Positions 10,201-18,235 of a DNA stretch of 64,000 nt are shown one piece after another. Below the pieces are notes generated by a model. The model was not told where the DNA came from, did not search any database, and saw only the letters and a program-made list of their open reading frames with translations. The stretch spans positions 1 to 64,000 of the forward strand of contig CAMAVZ010000003.1 in NCBI GenBank assembly GCA_945861645.1. The letters are read 5' to 3'. The stretch is from Opitutus sp. GAS368 (GTDB lineage: Bacteria > Verrucomicrobiota > Verrucomicrobiia > Opitutales > Opitutaceae). The number at the start of each line of letters is the position of its first letter. Within the stretch, counting starts at the first letter, position 1. Made by a program: the position numbers and the translations under genes.

Positions 10201-11624
10201 GTCCCGTCGCCCGAGGTGACATTGCCCTGAGAATAGCCATGCGTGGCGTAAATCCAGCCATCGCGGCCCCAGCGCAGATTATTGATGACGGCATGGGTAT
10301 CATTAATGCCGAGGCCGGTGTAAAGTTTGGTGCGGCGATCAGCGACGCCATCGCCATCCGTGTCCTCGAGGTACCAAATATCTGGGGCGGCAGCGGCAAT
10401 CACTCCATGCCGGTAGAGGACAAAGCTGGTGATGAGTTCGAGTTGATCCGCAAAAACCTTTTTATGATCCATGACGCCGTCACCGTTAGTATCGGTTAGC
10501 ACGGAGATGCTATCGGCCGCCGGGCGGTCTGCGCCAGTGGGGGTGAGGGCGCCGGAATCTTGCCAGCGAGCGTTGGTGTTGAGCGGACGGCGGCCATTGG
10601 GATATTCAGGCGTCTCGCAGACCCACAGGCGGCCATGTTCATCCCAGTCGATGCCCATAACTTTATTAATGAGGGGTTCGGCGGCGACGAGGCTCAGATT
10701 AAAATCAGGATGAAGTTCAATTTTGGCGGTAGCTTGGGCCGGAGCCGTCGGACCACCCTCGGGATAGCGGAGGGTGTCGCCGAGTTCGCTGGGGAGACAA
10801 AATTCATCAACCTTGGTCCGGTGGCCGGCCCAAGCTATGCCGCGGAGGAGAAGGGCGCGGTAATTGGCGCGGTTAAAATTTTCCGCGAAATGTCCGGGAA
10901 TCGAAACGAACGCGCGGTAGGGTTTACTCCCGCCGGCGAGCTGGCGCTCATAGGTCCAGAGCTGCGGTTGGTGGTCGTAGACATTGACGCCTTTATGTTT
11001 GGCGACGGCTTCCGCCGCGCGGGCTTGAGCCGCTTTGTCGCCTTTGCCGCCGGTATCGCGGGACTTAGGGGTGTAGGCGGTGGCGAGCACTTGAGCCTCA
11101 GGGAGGAGGTCCATGTCGTAATAAATTTCGTCATCCATTTGCCAGTTAGAGACGCCGTGAGTGATCGGATGCGTGCGGTCGGCAAAATAGAGATGCATCG
11201 GCGCTTCGAGCCATTGGGTGGTGCCGTAGCGCCACGAGCCCCCGATGATTGATTTATACCAGTCAGGATCATGGGAGACGGCCGCGGCATGGATGACGAC
11301 GAGGCCGCCGCCCCGAGCGAGGAACGGTTCAAGCGCGGCACGCTCAGCCGTTGAAATATCGCCGGCATGCGGGGCGTTAAGCACGAGGACATCGGTGGCC
11401 GCGAGCTGGGCGGCAGACGGAAAATAATCGCCCCCGGTGGCGGCGGCTCCGCGAGCGTTGAGGAGGACGGTCCATTCGGCGAGAAAGCGCGGGTGGTCAT
11501 GGGCTCCTGGGCCGTGGGTTTTGGGGCCCGAGCGAATGAAGACGCGCAGCGAAGCTTCGACGGCAGCCAGCGAAGACGTGAAGGCCAGGGCGCAGAGTGT
11601 GACGAGGGCGAGTAGGCGGGACAT
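7254..11624 (-). CDS. PVC-type heme-binding (CxxCH) dehydrogenase-like protein with N- and C-terminal ThuA-like domains
   Basis: Signal peptide; ThuA-like GPKTHGPGAHDH...GGGLVVIH...DEIYY; propeller LSLVAAEP...FRPIENRVGPDGALYIVDFYN; CAICH plus SLMPEGF; second ThuA-like GGGSSH...DELYH...IGHD. Confidence 0.9.
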   Translation of the reverse strand: MSRLLALVTLCALAFTSSLAAVEASLRVFIRSGPKTHGPGAHDHPRFLAEWTVLLNARGAAATGGDYFPSAAQLAATDVLVLNAPHAGDISTAERAALEPFLARGGGLVVIHAAAVSHDPDWYKSIIGGSWRYGTTQWLEAPMHLYFADRTHPITHGVSNWQMDDEIYYDMDLLPEAQVLATAYTPKSRDTGGKGDKAAQARAAEAVAKHKGVNVYDHQPQLWTYERQLAGGSKPYRAFVSIPGHFAENFNRANYRALLLRGIAWAGHRTKVDEFCLPSELGDTLRYPEGGPTAPAQATAKIELHPDFNLSLVAAEPLINKVMGIDWDEHGRLWVCETPEYPNGRRPLNTNARWQDSGALTPTGADRPAADSISVLTDTNGDGVMDHKKVFADQLELITSFVLYRHGVIAAAAPDIWYLEDTDGDGVADRRTKLYTGLGINDTHAVINNLRWGRDGWIYATHGYSQGNVTSGDGTKKFGPDGSGVVRFKADGSAFEQYSSRPANTWGLTLTWDGEVFWTQPTSGTVFFHTLLSEKILALGKIPGTTSAKGMIINQPTFPAMTWPEQAYAQIDQVGRFTAAAGCAIYEGGAWPAPWNYSYFTTEPTLNIVHHEFVRPDGVSYAAAKEKGREETEFIRSTDLWFRPIENRVGPDGALYIVDFYNQAVVHNDTRGPIHSKANSAFRPDRDHYFSRIWRVQHKAATVLPAVALNSTDLPGLLRTIATSPNAHVKLTALRLAQENFPDAPELVALSQPLGSRAFLRYEAARAATTPIERAAVLAEFVAATDDWTKSALIAAANQQALAYIADALTSKNPALGPFVQALTPAVALAQAPQLIQASIQSTHLLAANLLRGLSQSTNPPPPLDATTAAALQKALASNETAPAALVVVLKWDPTSQLAAAVAATAERLLTELAAPQIPDERRAEIATALVPLPPYRTAALSKIGALLSDPATADAVKIPLLATIGELTTSSEAIETLVGAYVQSKSPLIFEQLFRRKEFAVALLRAISANRISPSALGSANIDRLRKHPANVVSMEAATALGAANLSSKEKAAIIAALLPEIQKPGNPEAGRVLFAGACAICHKLGSVGLRDVGPPLSGIGAQGPTELLTHIVDPNRQVEPNYWQWNVTTKKGDIAAGVITNENAASLTIRNQVNDTEIKLTDIAIRENTRRSLMPEGFEGIGAEGLRDLIAYLVWISAPIKAVSTPIAQPSDSSPKSGGKGDAPLPPLTPITWVAGKTKVLLIGGGSSHKFSEYFGSTDRATLQAAGYSVNYTEDRDQATAALAEADVAIISVNRKFFDTPAYRQALFAFAAGGKGIIMHHPGTWYGYVDWPELNAQIVGGGARGHDKIAPYSVHVRQPTHPIMRGVPASFLVEDELYHFNAEAAKIPAGTAAIQVLAESSPSVKFKTAHPVVWLTPHPKARIVGLTIGHDNRVHDLPAFQTLLTNAVQWASGK

Positions 11625-11654
11625 GCGAGGGAGGTTAAGGAGGTAACGGTAAAT

Positions 11655-12104
11655 TTATTCACGGGTGCCACAGGGCAGCAGATTTTTCCGGAGCCCAGAC
11701 CACGGGGCTTGTGTCGAGACATCGTAAGGATCAGGTGCGGCGGCGAGATCGGCGGGGAGTTGCGCGGGGGAGAGAATAGCAAGAAAGACCAGCGGTTCAG
11801 GATGGGGATTGTAGGTCGCGTGCACCATTCCCGCGGGAATGTGGGCGGTGTCGCCAGCGACGAGGATCCGATATTCGCGGCCGACCCATTGTTCAGCGCG
11901 GCCAGCGATAATATAAATAATTTCTTCGCGATGGGGGTGTTGGTGAAACGGGTGCGAGTGAAACGGATCCATCGTCGCGCGAACCATTAGAAGCTTATCG
12001 GCGGCCACCAAGTCGGGGCGACAGAGCCATTCGCTCTTCGTCCAAGCGCTGGTTTCGCAAACGGCATCGACGGTGGGGACAAAGCGACGTTCGGCAGGAT
12101 TCAT
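11655..12104 (-). CDS. Cupin domain protein
   Basis: HPFHQHPHREEIIYIIAG and HIPAGMVHATYN cupin metal-binding motifs. Confidence 0.88.
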   Translation of the reverse strand: MNPAERRFVPTVDAVCETSAWTKSEWLCRPDLVAADKLLMVRATMDPFHSHPFHQHPHREEIIYIIAGRAEQWVGREYRILVAGDTAHIPAGMVHATYNPHPEPLVFLAILSPAQLPADLAAAPDPYDVSTQAPWSGLRKNLLPCGTRE

Positions 12105-12261
12105 AGGGGAAAATGAGTCGAGGGGGAGGGGGCAGTCAGCAACGGGCGTTACTGATTTGGGCTCGGATTAGTTTTGGCTAAGGCGGCTCAGATCATGAAC
12201 GATTATTTCTGCACAAAAATATTTCGGCAGATTGAGACTCGGGAACTAAGCCGCGCCGCGC

Positions 12262-13131
12262 TTACTTTTTAGCGCCCCGCTTCAGGGTTTTAAATTTACG
12301 GGTCAGATTGGTCAGTGATTGTTCAACCCCCATGCGCTCCAGGCTGCTCGCGCCGACGAACCCATTGGCGGTGGTGCCGGCGAGGACTCGGGCCGCATCT
12401 TCTGGGGTATTGATCGGGCCACCATGACAGAGGAAGAAAATATCTTTCCGAATGTTGGAGGCGGCATCGATAATTGCTTGGGTCGTTTTGATGGTATGGT
12501 CCCAACTCACGAGGGCATTTTTTACGCCGATACTTCCGCCGACGGTGGTGCCGACATGCGCGATGATGGCGTCAGCGCCTGCCTTAGCCATCTCGATGGC
12601 CTCTTCTGGTGTCCCGACGTAGGCGATAGAAAAAAGATCCATACGCCGAGCGAGTGCGATCATTTCATATTCTTTTTTCACAGACATGCCGGTTTCTTCG
12701 AGGACGTGGCGGAAATGGCCATCGACGATCGTGTGCGTGGGGAAATTATTTACGCCGGAGAAGCCCATTTCTTTTACTTGGCCCAACCAGTGCCACATCC
12801 GGCGGCGCGGATCGGTCGCATGGACGCCGCAGATGACGGGACATTCTTCGACGACGGGGAGCACCTCATATTCGCCGATCTCCATGGCGATGGCATTGGC
12901 GTCGCCGTAAGCCATCATCCCCGCGGTCGAGCCATGGCCCATCATGCGGAAGCGACCGCTATTATAGATAATGATGAGATCGGCGCCGCCCTGTTCGATG
13001 AACTTAGCGCTGATGCCGGTGCCGGCACCGGCAGCGATAATGGCATCGCCCTTGGCGAGGGTGGTGCGGAGACGTTCGCGGACTTCTTCGCGCGTGTAGG
13101 GATTTCCTTTTCCAGTCCAAGGGTTAGGCAT
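12262..13131 (-). CDS. Phosphoenolpyruvate hydrolase-like TIM-barrel protein (Tm-1 C-terminal domain family)
   Basis: GAGTGISAK, GADLIIIYNSGRFRM, AYGDAN, GVNNFPT, LEETGM, LCHGGPI, GFVGASSLER. Confidence 0.93.
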   Translation of the reverse strand: MPNPWTGKGNPYTREEVRERLRTTLAKGDAIIAAGAGTGISAKFIEQGGADLIIIYNSGRFRMMGHGSTAGMMAYGDANAIAMEIGEYEVLPVVEECPVICGVHATDPRRRMWHWLGQVKEMGFSGVNNFPTHTIVDGHFRHVLEETGMSVKKEYEMIALARRMDLFSIAYVGTPEEAIEMAKAGADAIIAHVGTTVGGSIGVKNALVSWDHTIKTTQAIIDAASNIRKDIFFLCHGGPINTPEDAARVLAGTTANGFVGASSLERMGVEQSLTNLTRKFKTLKRGAKK

Positions 13132-13263
13132 AAAATAAAAGGGCAGGCCGTGGGGTGATGGGCTTGGTAAACCTTAGACAGCTGGGACCAGCACGTAAAG
13201 CGCGGCGTGCACTCTGCGGCCCGTCAATTTTAACGAGCACCAGCGGCAACGGGAGTCGGCCGC

Positions 13264-14439
13264 TTAATCATTCGGGGCCAAGCGAGCCCCATCGGCAGTC
13301 TGCAAATGTAACGTCTCCGCGGGGGCGCCGTGCGCGGCCGTGTAGGGCGCTAGAATTTCAGCGGCCTGGGCCGCCGTAAAATCAGCCTGCGTCAGCGCAA
13401 GCACCGCGCCGCCAAAGCCACCCCCGGTTAAGCGCGCGCCATAGACGGCGGGATGGGCCGTGAGCAAATCCACCAGTTGGTCTAAGCTGGCGGTGCTATT
13501 TTCGAAGAGTCGCTGCGAGCTGCGGTGGGAGGCGGTTAATAAACGACCCACGGCCGCGAGATCATTTTGTTGCAAAGCAACAGCCGTGGCGTGGACCCGC
13601 GCGTGTTCGGCGGCGATGTGCTCGGCCCGTCGTGCGAGCACGGGGGAGAGTTTTGGTTTGAGCGGGGCTAATTGTTCGGGCGTGAGGTCGGCCAGCCACT
13701 TAACCCCGAGGGCGCTTGCGGCGGAGAGGCATTCCTGATGGCGGGTGGCGTAAAGGCCATCAATCAAGGCATGCTTTTCGCGCGCGTTGAAAACCCAGAG
13801 GTGAGCGGCCGTCGGCAGTGGGACGAGGGAAAAAGCCGGGGTCCGACAGTCGATCTGTACGAGTTGGCCGGCGCGCCCAAAAGCACTCGTGCCTTGATCG
13901 AGGATGCCGCAGGGCACGCCAACATATTTGTTTTCAGCATGGCGCCCGAGGGCCGCCAACCGATCGGGGGCGATGGCCGTGGGGCGAGCTAGATTAAGTA
14001 AGGCGAGAGCAGTGGCGAGTTCGAGGGCTGCACTGCTGCTGAGTCCAGCGCCGGCGGGGAGATCAGAATGCACGAGCAAATCAAAGCCCGCGGGGGCCGG
14101 GAGATTGAAATCGCGCAGACTGTGCCAGACGCCGATAGGATAATTGGCCCACGCCTCGGCGCCCGTTAGGCGCGTGGTGGGGATGGCCGCTAGTTCCAGC
14201 GTCGTCGACCCGCTCGTGCTCCGCAGTCGGAAGCGGCCCGCCGCATTGGGCGCCACCGCGACCCAGACAAAGCGATCAATGGCCGCCCCCAACACGGCGC
14301 CGCCATTATAGTCGGTGTGGTTGCCGATAAATTCCACCCGGCCCGGCGCTCGGGCGATGATCGACGGGGCGGATCCGTAGGCTCGTTCGAAGAGAGCTCG
14401 AATATCAGGCGAACCAGCGGACGGAGAGGATGCGGCCAT
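13264..14439 (-). CDS. galK: Galactokinase (GHMP family)
   Basis: APGRVEFIGNHTDYNGG, PAGAGLSSSAA, CGILDQ, GARLTGGGFGG. ATG at 14439 preferred over TTG at 14472. Confidence 0.88.
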   Translation of the reverse strand: MAASSPSAGSPDIRALFERAYGSAPSIIARAPGRVEFIGNHTDYNGGAVLGAAIDRFVWVAVAPNAAGRFRLRSTSGSTTLELAAIPTTRLTGAEAWANYPIGVWHSLRDFNLPAPAGFDLLVHSDLPAGAGLSSSAALELATALALLNLARPTAIAPDRLAALGRHAENKYVGVPCGILDQGTSAFGRAGQLVQIDCRTPAFSLVPLPTAAHLWVFNAREKHALIDGLYATRHQECLSAASALGVKWLADLTPEQLAPLKPKLSPVLARRAEHIAAEHARVHATAVALQQNDLAAVGRLLTASHRSSQRLFENSTASLDQLVDLLTAHPAVYGARLTGGGFGGAVLALTQADFTAAQAAEILAPYTAAHGAPAETLHLQTADGARLAPND

Positions 14440-14550
14440 ATAGAAAAGGGAATCGGGACCAGAGAAGTTCAACCAGCCCGCTCCCGCGAAAACAAACCCC
14501 GATTTAATTTACCCCCGCAGCAATCACCCAAGGCTTGAGGGCAGCTCACG

Positions 14551-14589
14551 CAGACAAAGCCCGGCGACAGAGCCCAGCGACAGAGCTCG
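14551..14589. repeat. Three imperfect 13-bp tandem repeats (unit about GCGACAGAGCCCG)
   Basis: cagacaaagcccg / gcgacagagccca / gcgacagagctcg. Confidence 0.6.
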
Positions 14590-14619
14590 GTTTGTAATAT
14601 ATTATATTACAAACCGAGC
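14585..14619. repeat. Perfect 17-bp inverted repeat with 1-nt spacer and AT-rich core
   Basis: GCTCGGTTTGTAATATA-T-TATATTACAAACCGAGC. Confidence 0.92.
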
Positions 14620-14640
14620 GAATCTGGCGGGGGTGTTTTT

Positions 14641-14730
14641 GCGCAGGCGGAGCCAGGCGGGCGCGGGCGGGCCTATATGGGCCCAAGTGGGCGCAGGTGG
14701 GCGCGGGCGGGGGGGGTCGGGGTGAGGGGG
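14641..14730. repeat. Degenerate 10-bp G-rich tandem repeats followed by G-runs
   Basis: gcgcaggcgg agccaggcgg gcgcgggcgg gcctatatgg gcccaagtgg gcgcaggtgg gcgcgggcgg, then ggggggtcggggtgaggggg. Confidence 0.6.
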
Positions 14731-14750
14731 CGCTCCGCGGGCGGCTGGGT

Positions 14751-16100
14751 CTAGAGCGGACGGATTTTCAGGCTGTGGAACTGGACTTTGTTGCCGTGGT
14801 CTTGGAGCAAGATGGGGCCTTTTTCGGCCAACCCAAAGCCAGGCATTTTCGCAAACTTACTGCGGGCGACGGCGGCGGCCCAGGCCGGTGATCCGCGCTC
14901 ATATTCGAGCACTTTAATGCCATTGAGCCAGTGCTCGACGTGATTTTTTTTGGTTACGACAATGCGGGCGTGTTGCCACTCGCCGATGCGGGGGACAATG
15001 GCCAGTCCGCCCGGCATTTTACTGCGGGGGATTAAATCGTAAAGTGAGCCGAGCGTCCGATTGCCGTTGAGACCGAGTTTGGCGTCAAGGTGTCGTTCAT
15101 CATCAAGCAGCTGATACTCCAGCCCCGTGTAGCCAGCCGGCACCTCATTGAGAAAATATTTAACCCCGCTATTTGCGCCGGGCGTAAGTTGGAAATCCCA
15201 TTGCAGTTCAAAAGCGGAAAATTCATCCGTCGTGATTATGTCATTCCCGTGCGTGTTGCCCACCACCGTGAGCACCCCCGCTGCGATCTGCCAACTCTCG
15301 GCGGGGAAACGGGAATCTTTAATTCCCCGCCAACCCGCGGCACTGCGCCCATCCCAAAGTAAGCGCCAACCGGTTAGTTGCTCCGCGGCACTGACGTTAT
15401 TCGGCGTCGTGTTGCGGATAAAAATATCATCGGGAGGCGTCGAGCTCAGAGCGGTAGTCTGAATGCGCAGATTGCGCCAATGCACCAGGGCGCCGGCTGC
15501 CGCGGCATTATTTTTTATCCCGTGGATTTGGAGGGCCAAAAAGCCGGTCGCGGTTTGGGCATCAATGACGTGCGCCACCGGCCGGCCGTTAACCCACGTG
15601 CGCAGGGATGAACCGATCGCTTCAATGCGCAGCTGATTCCACTCGCCGTAATGATACGCTGACTGCGCGGCAGGATTGAGCGTGACCGGATAAAACCAAC
15701 CGCGGCGGGCTTCATCATAAATTCCCCCGGTCCAAGCGCGCTCCGAGGGATCGATCTCCAGCTGATAACCCCGCACGCGGCCGTTCTCCGCGGCGGCTTC
15801 GCTCACGCCGCGAAACTGGATCCCTGAATTACTGCGACCGCCGGCCTGCTTAACTTCGCATTCAAAAATAAAATCTCCGTAGATTTTATCCGTCGCTAAA
15901 AAACTATTCGGTGAACCGACGACGGTCGTTCCTACAATGGTGCCAGCCACGACGGTGAAAGGAGCCGTGCCGTTGATCGTTCGCCATCCCGTGAGATCAC
16001 GGCCATTGAAGAGCGGCTCCCACGGGCCCGCGGTCAGCCGAGCGGCCAGAATGGCCAGGCTCATTAAATTCCACCACATCAAGCGAGCAGAGGTAAGCAT
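14751..16100 (-). CDS. Tandem DUF1080 (3-keto-disaccharide hydrolase family) secreted protein
   Basis: Two repeats: LFNGRDLTGW...NSGIQFR...GYQ...GFLALQIH and LLWDGRSAAGW...NSGVKY...EYQLLDD...GPILLQDHG. N-terminal signal-like segment; exact start uncertain. Confidence 0.9.
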   Translation of the reverse strand: MLTSARLMWWNLMSLAILAARLTAGPWEPLFNGRDLTGWRTINGTAPFTVVAGTIVGTTVVGSPNSFLATDKIYGDFIFECEVKQAGGRSNSGIQFRGVSEAAAENGRVRGYQLEIDPSERAWTGGIYDEARRGWFYPVTLNPAAQSAYHYGEWNQLRIEAIGSSLRTWVNGRPVAHVIDAQTATGFLALQIHGIKNNAAAAGALVHWRNLRIQTTALSSTPPDDIFIRNTTPNNVSAAEQLTGWRLLWDGRSAAGWRGIKDSRFPAESWQIAAGVLTVVGNTHGNDIITTDEFSAFELQWDFQLTPGANSGVKYFLNEVPAGYTGLEYQLLDDERHLDAKLGLNGNRTLGSLYDLIPRSKMPGGLAIVPRIGEWQHARIVVTKKNHVEHWLNGIKVLEYERGSPAWAAAVARSKFAKMPGFGLAEKGPILLQDHGNKVQFHSLKIRPL

Positions 16101-16177
16101 CAGGGCAGGCAAGCTCGGCGCTAAAATTAAAACAAGCCTCGGCTGCTTTATATTTTTGCATCCGTTGCAGGCGGTCG

Positions 16178-16341
16178 CCCAGGCGGAAGGTCGCCATCGC
16201 TTCCTCGGCGGTGAGGATGGGCGCCGGTGGCACCTGAATATGCGCGGGTAGCTAGGGTTGGGTTGCGCCGGCTTTATCGCCGTGCTGGGCGAGGAGCGGT
16301 CCGGTCAGCATTGCGCTGAACAAGAGAGCAGAAATTCGCAT
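16178..16341 (-). pseudogene. N-terminal relic of a PVC-type dehydrogenase gene with an in-frame TAG and truncation
   Basis: From ATG 16341: MRISALLFSAMLTGPLLAQHGDKAGATQP*LPAHIQVPPAPILTAEEAMATFRL. This is a signal peptide plus the 'P..L.PEE...TFRL' opening of PVC propeller proteins. TAG at 16252-16254; resemblance ends after TFRL. Confidence 0.65.
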
Positions 16342-16380
16342 GAAAAATACGAAGAGTGGGTAAAAAATCTCGCGGCGTGC

Positions 16381-16725
16381 TTAGTCGAACCATTCGTCGT
16401 GCGGGTCGAAGGCGGGGATGGGCACGTTGATGATACGCAATTTCCCGATGGCGCGGTGGCGGCAGCCCGGTTTAATTAAAATGCTGCTCAGCGGCTTCAC
16501 GGGGTGCAGCACGCCATCGAGCTCCAGGTGACCTTCGCCTTCGAGGATGAGGTAAATCTCGGTGAGCTTTTTATGATAATGCGTCCGGGCATCCACTTGG
16601 ATATCGACGAGGTGGATCGTCGCGACGGGATTATCGGGCGTGGTAAAGGCGCGGCGCGTCAAGCCGCATGGGCAGGCAACCGGGGCGACGTCGTTGAGGT
16701 GGGTGATAACGTAATTTTGGCTCAT
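16381..16725 (-). CDS. Cupin domain protein
   Basis: CPCGLTRRAF, THYHKKLTEIYLILEGEG, IKPGCRHRAIG. Confidence 0.88.
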   Translation of the reverse strand: MSQNYVITHLNDVAPVACPCGLTRRAFTTPDNPVATIHLVDIQVDARTHYHKKLTEIYLILEGEGHLELDGVLHPVKPLSSILIKPGCRHRAIGKLRIINVPIPAFDPHDEWFD

Positions 16726-16792
16726 GCGCAGAACGGTGGAGAGAGAGGGGCGGAAGAAATTAACCTATAATCAGCGCCGCCGCCAATTGCTC

Positions 16793-18148
16793 TCATTCTT
16801 CCGGTAGGGGTTGATCTTTGGTTTCGGGCAGAAAGGGCAACACGGCGAGGCCGATGAGCAGGACGAGGCTGACCCCCATGCCGGCGGTGCGGAAGCCCTC
16901 GATATCACCGCCGAGCCGTTTGGTAATCTGGCTGATCGTAAACGGCGCGGTGGCGGCGAGAAAGCGGCCAACATTATAACAGAAGCTGGTGCCCGTGCTG
17001 CGCAGGCTGGTGGGGAAGAGCTCGGGGAGATAGATGGCGTAAACCCCAAAGACGGAGAGTTGGCCAAACCCCATGATGGGCAGCATCCAGTAAAGATCGC
17101 TGAGCTGGCGCATGAATTTGAAAACCAGCAGCGTCGACAGAAACGATAAAAGTAAAGCGAGGGCGAATGCTGGGCGGCGGCCCCAGATCTGCGCGAGTTT
17201 CGCCAGCGAAAGCATGCCGATAAATCCCCCGAGATTTTGCAAAAGCAAGCCCACGGAGCGCCAGTGAGATTTTTTATCGGCGATTTCGGCCGGACTCAGT
17301 TGCAAGGCGGCAAAAGTTTTTTCCACGATGTCACCGACAATTTTGGGATGGAAATTGCCGATGCCCCAGAGCCCGACGATGCCCGCGCTGCAAGCGATGA
17401 GCCCCAGCCAAGCATGCTTGGACCATTTGGGGTGGCGAAGCAGGCTGGCGTAAGAGCCAAATTTGATCCCGCGCTTCTCTCCGGCGGCTTTGGCTTCAAC
17501 CCATTTCGGGGGTTCCTGTAATTGCCGCATCACCAAGACGCAGAGAAAAGCGGGCAACGCGCCGATCAGAAACATGGCCTGCCAGTGCGCGAGGCCAAAG
17601 GGCAGGAGGTGTTGCGCGGCGAGAGCGCTGAGGCCGATGCCGATAAGGCCCGCCGCCAGATTGCCCCAGGTCGAAAGCGATTGCAGTAAGCCCAGCGCTG
17701 GGGCGCGGCTGCGGTCGGGGACGGTGTCGGCCACGAGCGCCACCGCGAGACCGAAGACGCCGCCGACGCCGAGTCCGGTGATAAAGCGGTAGACGCAGAA
17801 ATCAAAAAATCCGGTGGAGAAAGCACTCAGGCCAGTGCTAAGCGAGTAAAGGAGAATGGTCCAAGTCAGCATTTTCGCGCGACCGTATTTATCGCCCAGC
17901 GCGCCAAAAATAAGTCCACCGATGGCCCAGCCCACGAGAAATATAGAGGTCGTGTAGGGACCGTATTCGGTGGCGAGTTTTTTATTAGGAATCAGCGCCT
18001 CCATGGCGCCATCGCGCGCGAGGTTGAAAATTTGCTGATCGAGGCAATCGAATAGCCAAGCGAGTGAGGCGACGCTGAAGACGAACCAATGTTCGCGCGT
18101 GAGCAGACGCCACCAAGGTTGCGCCGGGGATGGGGTAGAGGTTGGCAT
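16793..18148 (-). CDS. MFS transporter
   Basis: WLFDCLDQQIF, GALGDKYGRAK (motif A), YRFITGLGVGG, YLPELFPTSLRSTG; about 12 TM segments. Confidence 0.92.
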   Translation of the reverse strand: MPTSTPSPAQPWWRLLTREHWFVFSVASLAWLFDCLDQQIFNLARDGAMEALIPNKKLATEYGPYTTSIFLVGWAIGGLIFGALGDKYGRAKMLTWTILLYSLSTGLSAFSTGFFDFCVYRFITGLGVGGVFGLAVALVADTVPDRSRAPALGLLQSLSTWGNLAAGLIGIGLSALAAQHLLPFGLAHWQAMFLIGALPAFLCVLVMRQLQEPPKWVEAKAAGEKRGIKFGSYASLLRHPKWSKHAWLGLIACSAGIVGLWGIGNFHPKIVGDIVEKTFAALQLSPAEIADKKSHWRSVGLLLQNLGGFIGMLSLAKLAQIWGRRPAFALALLLSFLSTLLVFKFMRQLSDLYWMLPIMGFGQLSVFGVYAIYLPELFPTSLRSTGTSFCYNVGRFLAATAPFTISQITKRLGGDIEGFRTAGMGVSLVLLIGLAVLPFLPETKDQPLPEE

Positions 18149-18235
18149 GAGAGAGGGTTAAAATTTGATCGTGGCAGCAACGACGACCCGGTCATCAGCT
18201 GATGAGGCCGCCGCGCCAAGCCAGCAGGGCTGGGG

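Noticed and set aside
1643-13158. Long plus-strand ORFs such as 1771-2649, 9531-10499 and 12319-13158
   Set aside because: They are antisense shadows of well-supported minus-strand genes in GC-rich DNA and show no recognisable motifs.
14585-14619. dif (XerCD) site
   Set aside because: The arms are perfectly symmetric around 1 nt and lack the 11-6-11 layout.
14551-14730. CRISPR array
   Set aside because: Repeats are 10-13 bp, adjacent, and lack unique spacers; no cas genes are present.
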